This document shows, piece by piece, positions 30,487-40,366 of a DNA stretch of 64,000 nt (positions are counted from its first letter, which is position 1; every line of letters starts with the position of its first letter). Both the position numbers and the translations under genes were made by a program. Under the pieces are notes generated by a model. It was not told where the DNA came from, ran no database searches, and worked only from the letters and a program-made list of their open reading frames with translations. This stretch comes from an uncultured Actinomycetes bacterium (GTDB lineage Bacteria > Actinomycetota > UBA4738 > JBBDTT01), in NCBI GenBank assembly GCA_963742735.1, contig CAVUMN010000004.1:1512306-1576305 (forward strand), read 5' to 3'.

Positions 30487-31629
30487 TCAGGCCTCGACGG
30501 CCGTCCAGACGGCCCCGCCCCAGGTGTCGGACATGGGGCCGTAGACGAGCTCGGGGGTCCCGTCCGCGGCCACCAGGTAGATGCCGGACACCGGGATCCC
30601 CGACCCGCAACCGGGATCGGCCGGAAGGTAGGCGATCGCCCGGCCGTCCGGGCTCCACCCGAGGGCCGTCGAGTTCGGCGCCTCGGCGAGGGATTCGCCG
30701 GTCAGCGTCACCGGGTCCCCTCCCTCGATGGGCACGCGGAACGCCGTGGGGACCTCGCATTCGCCCGACCACTGCGCCAGGAGGGTCGAGCCGTCCGGCG
30801 AGGCGTAGGCGAACCGCCAGTGGCCGCCGCCCCGTCCGCCCGCGCGGACGAGCGTGCGGGTGGTCCCGTCGGGGGCGAGCGACAGGAGGCGCGACGCGGG
30901 ACCCCTCGTCGACAGTCCGCGGCAGGTGAGGATCACGGCGTCGCTCACGCGGTCGGTCGCGAAGCAGCCGTCCGGGACATCGCGACTCTCTCCGGTCCGA
31001 ACGTCGATCACGCGGCTGTCCGCCACGCCGATGCTGCCCTCGGGGTCCTCCACATAGCTCTCGAGCGAGATGAGGTCTCGGTGCTGCGAGAGGTTCAGGA
31101 AGTCGTTTCGGCGCTTGTGCGCCAGGACCACTCCGTCTCGCTCCATGGAGGCCTCGTGGCCGCCGAGCATGATGATCTCGGCTCCGAAGGCGAGTGGGAT
31201 GCGGATGCCTTCGGTGTCCGTCAACGCACCGTGGGCCGCATCCAGGACGGCTCTGCGTCTGCCGGGCCCGACCAGAAGAACCGGCCCGGGTGCCGGGATG
31301 TACCCGCCGGTCCCGTAGTCGATGGAGTACCCGCGGAGATGCCTGATCACGGTGCCGTCGAGCCGCACCAGGACCAGCGCGTCCATGACCTCGATGGCGA
31401 GCCCGACGCGGGGGAGCGCCGGCAGGTCGGCCGGGTCGAGCATGCGGCCGAGCTTCGCCGGACCGGGCGAGGGCGAGGGCGAGGGCGAGGGCGAGGGCGA
31501 GGGCGAGGGCGATTCGACCATGGGCGTGGATGCCCCGGGCTCCGGGGCCGTGACCGGATCCCTCGCGCACGCGGACGTCGCGAGCGACAGCGTGATCGGA
31601 TCGTCACCGTTCGCGGGCTCATGGGCCAC
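30487..31629 (-). CDS. Hypothetical exported protein with (SP)n linker and beta-propeller-like C-terminus; start uncertain
   Basis: LATSAC lipobox-like segment, SPSP run, SPDG and WSPDG motifs. Confidence 0.55.
   Translation of the reverse strand: MAHEPANGDDPITLSLATSACARDPVTAPEPGASTPMVESPSPSPSPSPSPSPSPGPAKLGRMLDPADLPALPRVGLAIEVMDALVLVRLDGTVIRHLRGYSIDYGTGGYIPAPGPVLLVGPGRRRAVLDAAHGALTDTEGIRIPLAFGAEIIMLGGHEASMERDGVVLAHKRRNDFLNLSQHRDLISLESYVEDPEGSIGVADSRVIDVRTGESRDVPDGCFATDRVSDAVILTCRGLSTRGPASRLLSLAPDGTTRTLVRAGGRGGGHWRFAYASPDGSTLLAQWSGECEVPTAFRVPIEGGDPVTLTGESLAEAPNSTALGWSPDGRAIAYLPADPGCGSGIPVSGIYLVAADGTPELVYGPMSDTWGGAVWTAVEA
31465..31512 (+). repeat. Perfect hexamer tandem repeat (GGGCGA)x8 encoding Ser-Pro
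   Basis: Read directly from sequence. Confidence 0.9.
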
Positions 31630-31741
31630 CTCCGATTGCGTGCGTTCTCGGTCGCAGTATGCGCGCCGGCGGCCCGCCCCCGGGGGTCCCTCGTGGAGCC
31701 GCCTTGTCCGTCCCGCGTGGGTGCATCACGATGGAGCCGCC

Positions 31742-32731
31742 ATGGGCTGGTTCAGGAAGCGGAACGCCCCGGCCGAGGCTGCGGCTCCCCCCGCTCCACC
31801 TCCGCCGGGCGGCGCCTCGAGTGTGATCGAGTCGATGCGGCAGGCCGGCGACGTCGACGAGCTCATCCGGGTCGTCCGGGAGAAGCTCGGGGGCGTGGAG
31901 GCCCGGGTGGCGGCCACGGAGGCCCTCGGCGAGCTGGGTGATTCGCGGGCCGTGACGCCCCTGATCGAGCAGCTCCAGCCGAACGTCAAGGGCATCGGCA
32001 CCGTCCTGGCGCAAGCGCGCCAGGAGCCTCCGCCCCGGGATCTGGACCGTGCCCTCGCCGCCGCCACCGCGGGCGCGGGATTGGCGATGAAGACGGTCGA
32101 GGCCCTGAGGCGTCTGGGCGGGCCGGAGGCGGAATGGGCGATGGCCGCGATCGCGCGCGACGAGGCGCTCCTGCGGGGCGTCGCATCGACGGGGTTCATC
32201 GAGCCAACCACTCTGGTGGAGGCCAGGCTCCTCGCACTGATCGAGTCGGTGCGAGCGCTGCTCGCCGCCGCCGGGGCATCAACGGCTTCGCTCGCCGAGG
32301 CCCAATCGGAACCCGCCCCGGCGCCGTCGCCGCCCCAGCCGGAGCCCGTGCCGCCGCCACCGCAGCCGGAGCCCGTGCCGCCGCCACCGCGGCCGGAGAC
32401 CACCCCGCCGCCCCAGCCGGAACCAGTCCCGCCACCCGAGCCCGAGCCGGCCCCGCCGCCACCACCCGCCCCCGAGCCGGCGCCGCCCGGGGGGATCTCG
32501 CCCGGAGCGGCGGCCCTGCTCCGGATCACCGAGGGCCTCAGGAACCGGGAGGCGCCATGCCGGCGATGCGGGACGGTGATCCACTACGAGGAGGGATATC
32601 GGCTCGCGCATGACCGAGGCATCCGCGAGCACGTGGTGATGTGCTCCAGGTGCAATGCCGTGTTCTCGGCGCGCCTCGGCGGCGACGGGCTGGAACTGTT
32701 GGACGACTGCACGTCCCTCTTCGAACTCTAG
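31742..32731 (+). CDS. Hypothetical protein: HEAT-like repeats, Pro-rich linker, C-terminal CxxC-CxxC Zn ribbon
   Basis: ARVAATEALGELGDSRAVTPLI; QPEPVPPPP repeats ~32336-32440; CRRC and CSRC. Confidence 0.65.
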   Translation: MGWFRKRNAPAEAAAPPAPPPPGGASSVIESMRQAGDVDELIRVVREKLGGVEARVAATEALGELGDSRAVTPLIEQLQPNVKGIGTVLAQARQEPPPRDLDRALAAATAGAGLAMKTVEALRRLGGPEAEWAMAAIARDEALLRGVASTGFIEPTTLVEARLLALIESVRALLAAAGASTASLAEAQSEPAPAPSPPQPEPVPPPPQPEPVPPPPRPETTPPPQPEPVPPPEPEPAPPPPPAPEPAPPGGISPGAAALLRITEGLRNREAPCRRCGTVIHYEEGYRLAHDRGIREHVVMCSRCNAVFSARLGGDGLELLDDCTSLFEL

Positions 32732-33544
32732 CTACGGTTCGGCACGGGTACCCAGCGCGTACACGAAGGCCAGTCGGTACCGGAAGTCGCTGGGCGAAAG
32801 GGTGGCCAGGGCGTCGCGCACCTCGTCCTCCAGGGCGGACCACGCGCCGGGGGCCATGTCAGGGGCTCGGGCACGCGCCCGCGCCAGCAGCTCGGCTCCC
32901 TCCGGATCGATCACGATCTCCTGCCCCCACGTCCACGTCCGCACGGAGGCGAAGCCGGCCGTCTCGAGCAGCGCGTGCACGTCCTCCTCGGTCGCCCGTT
33001 CCTTCACCGGCGGCAGCGGGCGCACCCGGTCCCCGAGCTTTTCCAGGATCGACTCGACGCGCGCGGAGGCCGCCGCCGGCTCGTTCGCGGCCCGGGCGTC
33101 GTGGGTGAGGATGCCGACCACGCCGCCCGGCCTCAGGACCAGGGCGGCCTGGCGCAGCCCCGCCGCGGGCTCCGGGAGGTGGAAGAGCGAGAACGAGAAC
33201 GTGACGACGTCGAAGGCGTCGCTCGCCAGCGCCAGCCGGTTCGAATCCATCACGGCGAGGGGGTTCGGTACCTCCAGCCGCGCGCGGCCCAGGGCGCCCT
33301 GGGAGGCATCGACCCCGACGACCAGCGCCCCGGGGCTCCTCGCGGTCAGCTCGGGAAGCTGGGTGCCCGGACCCGTCCCCACGTCGAGGACGCGCGCGGC
33401 GCCCGCGAGGGGGAGGGCGTCGAGCAGTGGCCCGGCCTGTTCGCGACTCCGGGCGTTCTCGAACGTGGCGTAGCGCTCGGCCGAGCGGGAGTAGTGATCG
33501 GCGACATCGTCCCGCAGCGCGTCGGCGTCGTCCACGGCGATCAT
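32732..33544 (-). CDS. Class I SAM-dependent methyltransferase
   Basis: VLDVGTGPG, GVDAS, FDVV, LRPGG. Confidence 0.85.
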   Translation of the reverse strand: MIAVDDADALRDDVADHYSRSAERYATFENARSREQAGPLLDALPLAGAARVLDVGTGPGTQLPELTARSPGALVVGVDASQGALGRARLEVPNPLAVMDSNRLALASDAFDVVTFSFSLFHLPEPAAGLRQAALVLRPGGVVGILTHDARAANEPAAASARVESILEKLGDRVRPLPPVKERATEEDVHALLETAGFASVRTWTWGQEIVIDPEGAELLARARARAPDMAPGAWSALEDEVRDALATLSPSDFRYRLAFVYALGTRAEP

Positions 33545-33750
33545 GCTCTCACGCGCTCGTGCTGGTGCCCCTGGCAGGAGCTTATTCGAACCCCGATGTC
33601 CAGCGGCAGGTGGACCAGCTCCATCGGCTCTTCCTGCCGCACGGTGAGCCCTGAGCGAGCTCAGGTCGGCGTTCGCTCACGGAGACAGTGTGCTGAGTGG
33701 GTCGCTTCGTGATCGGGCCCTAAGCCCTGGCGCCGGGCTGCTCTCGGGTC

Positions 33751-33781
33751 TTGACGCCAGCCCCCCCCCAAGGCGTAGGCT
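33751..33781 (+). promoter_or_regulatory. Sigma-70-type promoter with C9 tract in the spacer
   Basis: TTGACG-N19-TAGGCT, C9 at 33761-33769. Confidence 0.55.
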
Positions 33782-33811
33782 GTCTTGGTCACGGTGAAGG
33801 GCTGAATAGCA

Positions 33812-34600
33812 ATGCAGCTTCGGCGGTTCATTCCTGCGAATCTCGCATCCTCGCTTGTATTGGTCGTCTTCCTCGCCTCGCTCGGTTACTGGGGACTGGC
33901 GATCGATGCTCGGGCGCAAACGAGCCCTTGTGATGAGGTTGGTCTGCAGGTGTTCTACGGGCGAAAGAGTGGAGGAATCTGGCCCCAGAATCGCGGGAAT
34001 CGTGTGGAACTGCCTGATGGCATGGAGGTCTACAACAACGTTGTCAGCTGTAACCAAGTGGAGAGTATCCAGCTCTTCCACGACTTCTTCCCGACTGATG
34101 CCCTAGAGTTCGGCTGGTCAGAGTGGAGCACCGCCTACACCCCAACGTGCTCATCCGCTACGGAAACACTTGTTCCTCGACGCCTTATCGTCCTGGCGAT
34201 TGATGACACTCCCACATGCTTCCCGGACGGTCCGTTCGCGACCCGTCCATCGATCTCAGCCGGGACACACGACTTCGCCATCAGTAACCCGGATAACAAC
34301 AGCACCTTCAACATCTTCCTCGACAGCAATCTTCAGCTCGTTGTCGATACGGGCGGCGAATTCACGACAGGCGTGCCTACCTTGAGCACGGAGCGTGATG
34401 GAAGCCTCGACCAAATGCGTGGGGATTTTGACTCCATGCAGTTCCAGACTGGCGCCGGGTGGACCTATTGGGATTCAAAGGGGTGCATTACGGATAACGA
34501 CCTCGACTGGGACGTCGTGAACGGCCCCGGCGGGCCAGATGACGTCCGAATCAGCCCGCTCTTCAACGATCACCTCTGCCTGGGATCGGGGCTGCCGTGA
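33812..34600 (+). CDS. Secreted Cys-containing hypothetical protein
   Basis: Signal peptide ending ARA-Q; six Cys; atypical codon usage. Confidence 0.65.
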   Translation: MQLRRFIPANLASSLVLVVFLASLGYWGLAIDARAQTSPCDEVGLQVFYGRKSGGIWPQNRGNRVELPDGMEVYNNVVSCNQVESIQLFHDFFPTDALEFGWSEWSTAYTPTCSSATETLVPRRLIVLAIDDTPTCFPDGPFATRPSISAGTHDFAISNPDNNSTFNIFLDSNLQLVVDTGGEFTTGVPTLSTERDGSLDQMRGDFDSMQFQTGAGWTYWDSKGCITDNDLDWDVVNGPGGPDDVRISPLFNDHLCLGSGLP

Positions 34601-35268
34601 GCAATCGACGTCGCCTGATCGTTCCGCTTGTCGCCGCGATGTTCTTCGCTGTGGGCGTAGCAATCAGCCTTACCGGCTCCGACTCCGAGAATGTGGCTCC
34701 CAAGAGAGTGGCCCCGCCGGTCGCAGGGCTCGACATCCCTGAAGCTCGTGGAGTGGATGGCAACCCGTTCCCGAGCGGTAGGGAAATGAGCCTGTCCCAG
34801 GCACAGGAAAAGTTGCCGTTTGCCCTGTCGCGACCGCGGGACGATGCGATGGCGTCAGACGGACGGATCGCTCACGTGTGGTTCGAGGGCCCACCAGCCG
34901 GTCCGCGAGTCGCCATTGCCTACGACAGCAGGGTTTTCGTGACTGTTTTTCAGTTCAGGCCTGGTGGCCATCCGCCCGGGTTCTACAGCAGCGAGGGTGA
35001 GGTAGCTGCCCTGGATACGATCGACACGATTGATGAGGCGATCACGGCTTTGGCCGAGTTTCACGCCAAGGGCCGGGGCGGCACGGCGTCAGACTACTTG
35101 GTCGAGATCAACGGCCGCCCCGCTGTATTCGCGCCCGGACGGCCGGATGATCAGGGCGGGATGCGAGCAGGATCCATACGCCTCGCCATCTCTGACATGG
35201 TATTCGTCCAAGTGATCGGCGAGTTCGACAAGGAGACGCTCTCCCGGATCGCCTCCGACGTCAGCTGA
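34597..35268 (+). CDS. Membrane-anchored/exported hypothetical protein
   Basis: GTGA overlap; N-terminal RRR plus hydrophobic helix. Confidence 0.65.
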   Translation: MSNRRRLIVPLVAAMFFAVGVAISLTGSDSENVAPKRVAPPVAGLDIPEARGVDGNPFPSGREMSLSQAQEKLPFALSRPRDDAMASDGRIAHVWFEGPPAGPRVAIAYDSRVFVTVFQFRPGGHPPGFYSSEGEVAALDTIDTIDEAITALAEFHAKGRGGTASDYLVEINGRPAVFAPGRPDDQGGMRAGSIRLAISDMVFVQVIGEFDKETLSRIASDVS

Positions 35269-35578
35269 CGCGAGCGGCGCTGCGGTTCAGGTAGTGCGCG
35301 TGCCTGGTTGGCACCACGATGCCACAGACAGAATCTAAGAGGCTGGATTGACTTGCTCGTGGTTCGCAGTGTAGCTCGCAACCGGGCAGGCATGGTTTCC
35401 GCGGGCCAGAATGGCGAGTCGTCCAACGAGCCGGCAGACGCCGGTTTCACGGCGCCGCTTGGTTTCTCGCGCATCTTCGCCGACGGGGCGCCAGCCACCG
35501 GTACTGACCTGGCAGGCCGTCCGTAGTGGACCCTACTGGCCGGTGGGTTCGAATAGCGACAGCCAAGGTGGGAGTTCG

Positions 35579-35651
35579 TGCCCCTGGGAGGATTCGAACC
35601 CCCGACCCGCTGCTTAGAAGGCAGCCGCTCTATCCCCTGAGCTACCGGGGC
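35579..35651 (-). tRNA. tRNA-Arg(TCT), G6-A67 acceptor mismatch
   Basis: GCCCCGG..CAGGGGC-A, GCTGC-ctTCTaa-GCAGC, GGTTCGAATCC. Confidence 0.9.
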
Positions 35652-35708
35652 CGATGAACCAAGAATAGCGTGGTCAGGGGCTGTTTTCGGAGGTGGGGAC
35701 GGCCCCTT

Positions 35709-35736
35709 CCACATTGCTCGCGGGCGAGCGATGTGG
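35709..35736. terminator. Hairpin between integrase remnant and tRNA promoter
   Basis: CCACATTGCTCG-CGGG-CGAGCGATGTGG. Confidence 0.5.
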
Positions 35737-35739
35737 CAA

Positions 35740-35935
35740 TTAGGGGGCATCGGCTTCCGCCTCGGCCTCCCGGAACACGCTGTCCAGCTCCGCGTCAGTC
35801 TTTCGCTCTGCGCTCTCGAGGGCGCGCGAGTAAAAGCGCACGGTCGTGGCGACGTCGGCGTGCCCGAGCATGCGGGCGACCTGGTCGAGAGACCTCCCGT
35901 GGGTCAGGGCGAGGGTGGACGCGAAGTCGCGGACT
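35740..35935 (-). pseudogene. Tyrosine integrase C-terminal remnant
   Basis: RDFAST...VARMLGHADVATTVRFY (box II R, LGH, catalytic Tyr); N-terminus absent. Confidence 0.75.
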
Positions 35936-35944
35936 TCGGATCTA

Positions 35945-36400
35945 CGGCGCGCCCCACCCGGTGGAACGGTTCTCCGAGGGGACCATCGAGGACGCCGACT
36001 TCGAGGCACGGGTGGCCGCGGCGGGCGACGCCCTCGCCGAGCGGCTGGGCTGGTTCTCCAAGGCGCCGGACATCGTGGCGGTCGATGACGACCGGATGGC
36101 CGAGCGCTCGGCGGGGCTGGTCCCTCTCGTGGTGAGCGGACACTTCCACCATCAGCGCGAGGTGTCTCTCGGGGGCACGACCTTCCTTCGCGGAGGGGCC
36201 GCGTCGGGCGGAGGGCTGTTCGAACCCTTCTCCTGGAGCACGCGCACGTCCTGGCCGTTCAGGTGATCTACATCGAGGACGGCCGAGCCGTCGCGTACGA
36301 CACGGTCGAGCTCGACGTCGCCGCCGAGGAGGTGACCGTTCGTCGGCACCTCGTCGAGCCCGCCGATCCGGCCGTCCCCGCGCCCACGACAACGCCCTGA
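35945..36400 (+). pseudogene. Metallophosphoesterase-like C-terminal fragment
   Basis: PDIVAVDD, LVVSGHFH, ASGGG; no start, frameshift ~36235. Confidence 0.5.
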
Positions 36401-36419
36401 GGCGGATGTCCCGGCCTGG

Positions 36420-39400
36420 CTATGACGTCCGGGCCGTGACCGTCGCCAGCACCGCGTCGACCTGAGCCACCGACGGCCTCGCGCCGAGCGAGGCAAAGAC
36501 CTCGCGAGCTTCGCGAAGCGCGCCCGCCGCCTCCGCGGCCTGGCCGAGGACCAGCAGGCATCGCCCCCGACCGAAGAGCGCGTGGGCCCGCTCCCAGGGC
36601 GACTCGAACGCCTTCCATCGTTCGTCCGCGTCGGCGAATCGATCCGCCGCGGACGCGTGCTCGCCCCGATGCTCGGCGAGCAAAGCCCCGGTGGTGACCA
36701 GGACATGCTCGCGCAGCGGATGAACGGGCTCGACCCCCTCCTGCAGGCGAAGCGCCAGCTCGAGATCCCCCGCCGCGAGCGCCATACGGACCGCGTCGGC
36801 GAGGCCCCACGCGTACTGGAGGTCGGCCGCGATGTTCGGTACCGAAGCGAGCTCCGCGAGCAGGGTGACGACGGCGGCGGCATCCCCCAGGCTCGAGCGA
36901 ACCGCGGCGGCGGCGAGCAGCACGTGGGCCAGCGTCTGGGTCTGCGCCATCGCCCGGCCACGCTCCGCCAGCCAGGCCGCCAGCGGCTCCGCCGCGGCGT
37001 GCTCGCCGCGCCGCACCAGGATCCGTGCCTGGACCGATCGCATCCAGACGAGAAGCCACACGTCGCCGCCGGCCTCGAGACGGGGCACGAGCTCCTCGGC
37101 CGTGGCCAGCGCCTCCTCGTACGAGCCGAGCTCGGCGAGGGCGGCGACGGCCCCGCCCCCGAACGCGGTGACGAACTCCTCGATCCCTCGCCGCTGGGCG
37201 AATCCGATCCCCTTCCGCATCGCCTCGAGGGACGTCCGCGGTCCCTCGATGGGGGCGATCGCCTCGGCCAGGTTGAGCTGCTGCAGCGCGACCTCCCGCC
37301 CCAGGCCCTGGGCATTCGCGACATCGGTCGCCCGGCGCATCTCCTCGACGCCTCCGACGTCGCCGAGGGCGATGCGGGTGGCGCCGCGGAACCCGTGGGC
37401 CCGGGCGGGCTCGGGGAGTCCGAGGTCCGCCGACATCGCGATGGCCCGGTCCGCGTAGGCCATGGCCTGGGCGAACTCCGTCGCCATCATGGTGTCGCCG
37501 GACATCTCCGTCAGCACCTGGACCAGCTCGGGGGAGGGGCCGAGCGGCTCCAGCGTCGTGATCGCTTCCGCCGAGACCGCCCGGTTGCGGGGATCCCCCA
37601 TGCGCCACAGCACCAGGCCGTGCCGGCTCATCGCGACGGCCATCGCCCGGACGTCCCCTCGGGCGCGGTACCCCTCGATGGCCTGCTCGAACGCTCCATC
37701 CGCCTCGGCATGCCGGCCCCGCTGGCTGAGGGAGTCGCCGTGGCGGAGGAGGATCTCCGGGCGCTCGGGATGTCCCTGCGGCGCCATGGTGAGCGCCCGG
37801 GCGAAGTGGCGTTCCGCGGCCTCGACGTCGATACCCAAAGCCCGGTCCCCCGCGAGCGTCAGATACCGCAGGGCCTTGTCCTGCAGATCCTCGGTGGCGG
37901 CGTCCCTCCCGGCCGAGGCGAGCTCGAGCGCGGTCGAGTAATGGACGGCCAGGATCTCGGCGTGGTCCTCGACCCGCTCGCCGGAGACGGCCTCGATCCA
38001 GGTCGCGGCCCGCCGGTGCCGGTCCGCCCGCGACGCCCGGGGGATCTGGGCGTAGCAGACATCGCGGATCAGGGCGTGGAGGAAGCTGAACTCGGCCTGC
38101 CCCTCCATCGAGGACGCCCGCACCGGCCGGATGAGCTCCTTTCGGGACAGCTCGTGCAGGGCCGCCGCCACCTCCTTCGGATTCCGTTCGCCCATGGCGG
38201 TCACCGTCTCGGCCCAGAAGACCTTGCCCACCACGGCGGCGTCCTGCAGCAGCCCCTTGCGCTCGGGGGCCACCGTGTCCAGGCGGGCGGCGATGAGGCC
38301 CTGAACGCCCGAGGGCAGGGGGATCTCGGCCTGGGGATCGATCGTCCATGTCCGCCCGTGGCGTGCCAGGATGCCCGTGTCCTTCAACAGGCGCACGAAC
38401 TCCTCGGCGTAGAGGGGGTTTCCGCCGGCACGGACCACGATCGCGTCCTGCACCTCCGCGGGCAGGACGGCCGACTCCAACAGGTTCGCGATCAGGCGCG
38501 CCATCTCCGGCTCGGTGAGCGGGAACAGGCCGATCCGGTTTGAGTTCCGGGCGGCCTGGGCGAAGCCGGGGGCTCGCTCGAACAGCTCGGGGCGTGTGGT
38601 GCCGAGGACGAACATGGGCACGCCCTCCGCGTAGTCGGCCAGATGCTCCAGGAACGCCAGCAGGGCGTCGTCGGCCCAGTGGAGGTCCTCGAAGACGAAC
38701 ACCGACGGGCGGGCCTCCGCCAGGGCCTCGAGAAAGACCCGCCACGCCGCGAAGTTCTCCTCCCGACCCGCCGAGGGAGCCTCCAGGCCCACCAGGGGCC
38801 GAAGACGCTGGCGGAGCCACGGCGCATCGGGGTGCGCGTCGGAGATCAGCGCCTCGACCTTCGACGCGGCGACGTCGGTCGAGTCGGTCTCCAGGATCCC
38901 CGCCTCCGCCTTGACGATCTCTCCGAGGGCCCAGAACGTGACGCCCTCGCCGTACGGGAGGCAGCGGCCCTGGCGCCACCGGATCAGGTCCGGCCACTCC
39001 TGCACGAACCCGAGCATCTCCGCGACCAGGCGAGACTTGCCGACGCCCGGCTCGCCCACGATCGTCACGAGCTGGACCGACGCGTCGCGGACGGATCGCT
39101 CGAACGTCCCGGTGAGCAGGTCTCGCTCGAGCTCCCGGCCGACGAGCGGGGTGGAGAGCGAGCGGGTGATGTCGGTGCCGAAACGGGACAGGGCCGCCTT
39201 CGCGTGGAAGATCGGGACCGGGTCTGCCTTCCCCTTCAAGGTGACGGGCTCGAGCGGGTCGTAATCGAAGACCGCCTTCGTGGCCGCGTACGTCCCCTCG
39301 CCCACGCCGACCCCGCCCACGGGCGCGGCCCCCTGCAGCCGGGAGGCGGTGTTGACGACGTCGCCGGTGACCATCCCCTCGCCCTCCTCGAGGCGCGCGT

Positions 39401-39839
39401 CGAGGGACACCACCGCCTCGCCGGTCTCGATGCCGACGCGGACCTGGAGGTCCAGGCCTGCATCGGTCTCGTTCAGGTCCGTGATGGCCTCGAGGATCCG
39501 CAGGCCGGCCTTGACCGCCCGCTCCGGGTCGTCCTCGTGGGCGACCGGCGCGCCGAACACCGCCATGACGGCGTCGCCGATGAACTTCTCCACGGTCCCG
39601 CCGTAGGTCTCGATCTCGTGACGCAGGCGGGCGTGGTAGGGCCGGATCCGGGCGCGGACGTCCTCCGGATCGGCGTTGTCCGAGGCGGCGGTGAACCCGA
39701 CCAGGTCGCAGAACAGGACGGTGACGATCTTGCGCTCCTCGGTGGGGGTGGGCCGCGCATCGGTCAGCGGGCTCGCGCAGAAGCCGCAGTACTCGAACCC
39801 CTCGGGGTTCTCCCTCGTGCAACTCGGACAGGCCGGCAC
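36420..39839 (-). CDS. Double Zn-ribbon + class III adenylate cyclase + AAA ATPase + TPR protein
   Basis: CPSC/CGFC; LFCDLVGFT, KFIGDA, GDVVNTASR; GEPGVGKS, FEDLHWAD, GGNPLY. Confidence 0.9.
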   Translation of the reverse strand: MPACPSCTRENPEGFEYCGFCASPLTDARPTPTEERKIVTVLFCDLVGFTAASDNADPEDVRARIRPYHARLRHEIETYGGTVEKFIGDAVMAVFGAPVAHEDDPERAVKAGLRILEAITDLNETDAGLDLQVRVGIETGEAVVSLDARLEEGEGMVTGDVVNTASRLQGAAPVGGVGVGEGTYAATKAVFDYDPLEPVTLKGKADPVPIFHAKAALSRFGTDITRSLSTPLVGRELERDLLTGTFERSVRDASVQLVTIVGEPGVGKSRLVAEMLGFVQEWPDLIRWRQGRCLPYGEGVTFWALGEIVKAEAGILETDSTDVAASKVEALISDAHPDAPWLRQRLRPLVGLEAPSAGREENFAAWRVFLEALAEARPSVFVFEDLHWADDALLAFLEHLADYAEGVPMFVLGTTRPELFERAPGFAQAARNSNRIGLFPLTEPEMARLIANLLESAVLPAEVQDAIVVRAGGNPLYAEEFVRLLKDTGILARHGRTWTIDPQAEIPLPSGVQGLIAARLDTVAPERKGLLQDAAVVGKVFWAETVTAMGERNPKEVAAALHELSRKELIRPVRASSMEGQAEFSFLHALIRDVCYAQIPRASRADRHRRAATWIEAVSGERVEDHAEILAVHYSTALELASAGRDAATEDLQDKALRYLTLAGDRALGIDVEAAERHFARALTMAPQGHPERPEILLRHGDSLSQRGRHAEADGAFEQAIEGYRARGDVRAMAVAMSRHGLVLWRMGDPRNRAVSAEAITTLEPLGPSPELVQVLTEMSGDTMMATEFAQAMAYADRAIAMSADLGLPEPARAHGFRGATRIALGDVGGVEEMRRATDVANAQGLGREVALQQLNLAEAIAPIEGPRTSLEAMRKGIGFAQRRGIEEFVTAFGGGAVAALAELGSYEEALATAEELVPRLEAGGDVWLLVWMRSVQARILVRRGEHAAAEPLAAWLAERGRAMAQTQTLAHVLLAAAAVRSSLGDAAAVVTLLAELASVPNIAADLQYAWGLADAVRMALAAGDLELALRLQEGVEPVHPLREHVLVTTGALLAEHRGEHASAADRFADADERWKAFESPWERAHALFGRGRCLLVLGQAAEAAGALREAREVFASLGARPSVAQVDAVLATVTARTS

Positions 39840-40065
39840 CCAGCCGAGTCTATGTCGGGGCCCTGGACTGTCGCCCCGTGATGGAAAGCTCATCGGAAGA
39901 CGGCTCCATCCAGTCGAGCGCAATCCATCACCGAAATGGCGAAGCCGAACTACGTTGATGAAGGCTGGGCCCGACCACCCCACCCGGTCGTGCGCGGCTT
40001 GCGGTCACGAGTGGGGCGCGCCAGCGCCCCGCGATGAAGGAGACCGGCTGGAGTAAGGGGACCGG

Positions 40066-40366
40066 ATGGAGATGTCCTGGAGGTACTCCTTCCGCCTGTT
40101 CCTGTTCGGACCGGACGGTCAGGCTGGCGAGGTGGTGGAGTGGCCGTGCCCGGCACAGGTCGAACCGGAGGATTGGCTGCGGTTCATCGGGGGGGCAGCT
40201 CGGGCCGGCGAGCGAGGTCCCGCTCATGACTGCCGACTCCCAGGGCGAGCCCGTGCAGATCGGCTGGATCTTTCAGAGCGTCGAGCGCGGCCCCGAGGAG
40301 TGGCGCGGGCGCGACGGTCACGAGATCGGCGTGATGCCCCTGGAGTTCATCGACGGGAAAGATTGA
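40066..40366 (+). pseudogene. Small hypothetical protein, apparently frameshifted ~40195
   Basis: Coding-like MEMSWRYSFRLFLF... continues in another frame to PLEFIDGKD*. Confidence 0.35.

Larger units (their letters stand above)
33563..35600. mobile_element. Small degenerate genomic island at the tRNA-Arg 3' end
   Basis: GTGCCCCTGG(C/G)AGGA direct repeat at 33565 and 35578; visibly more AT-rich codon usage inside. Confidence 0.6.
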
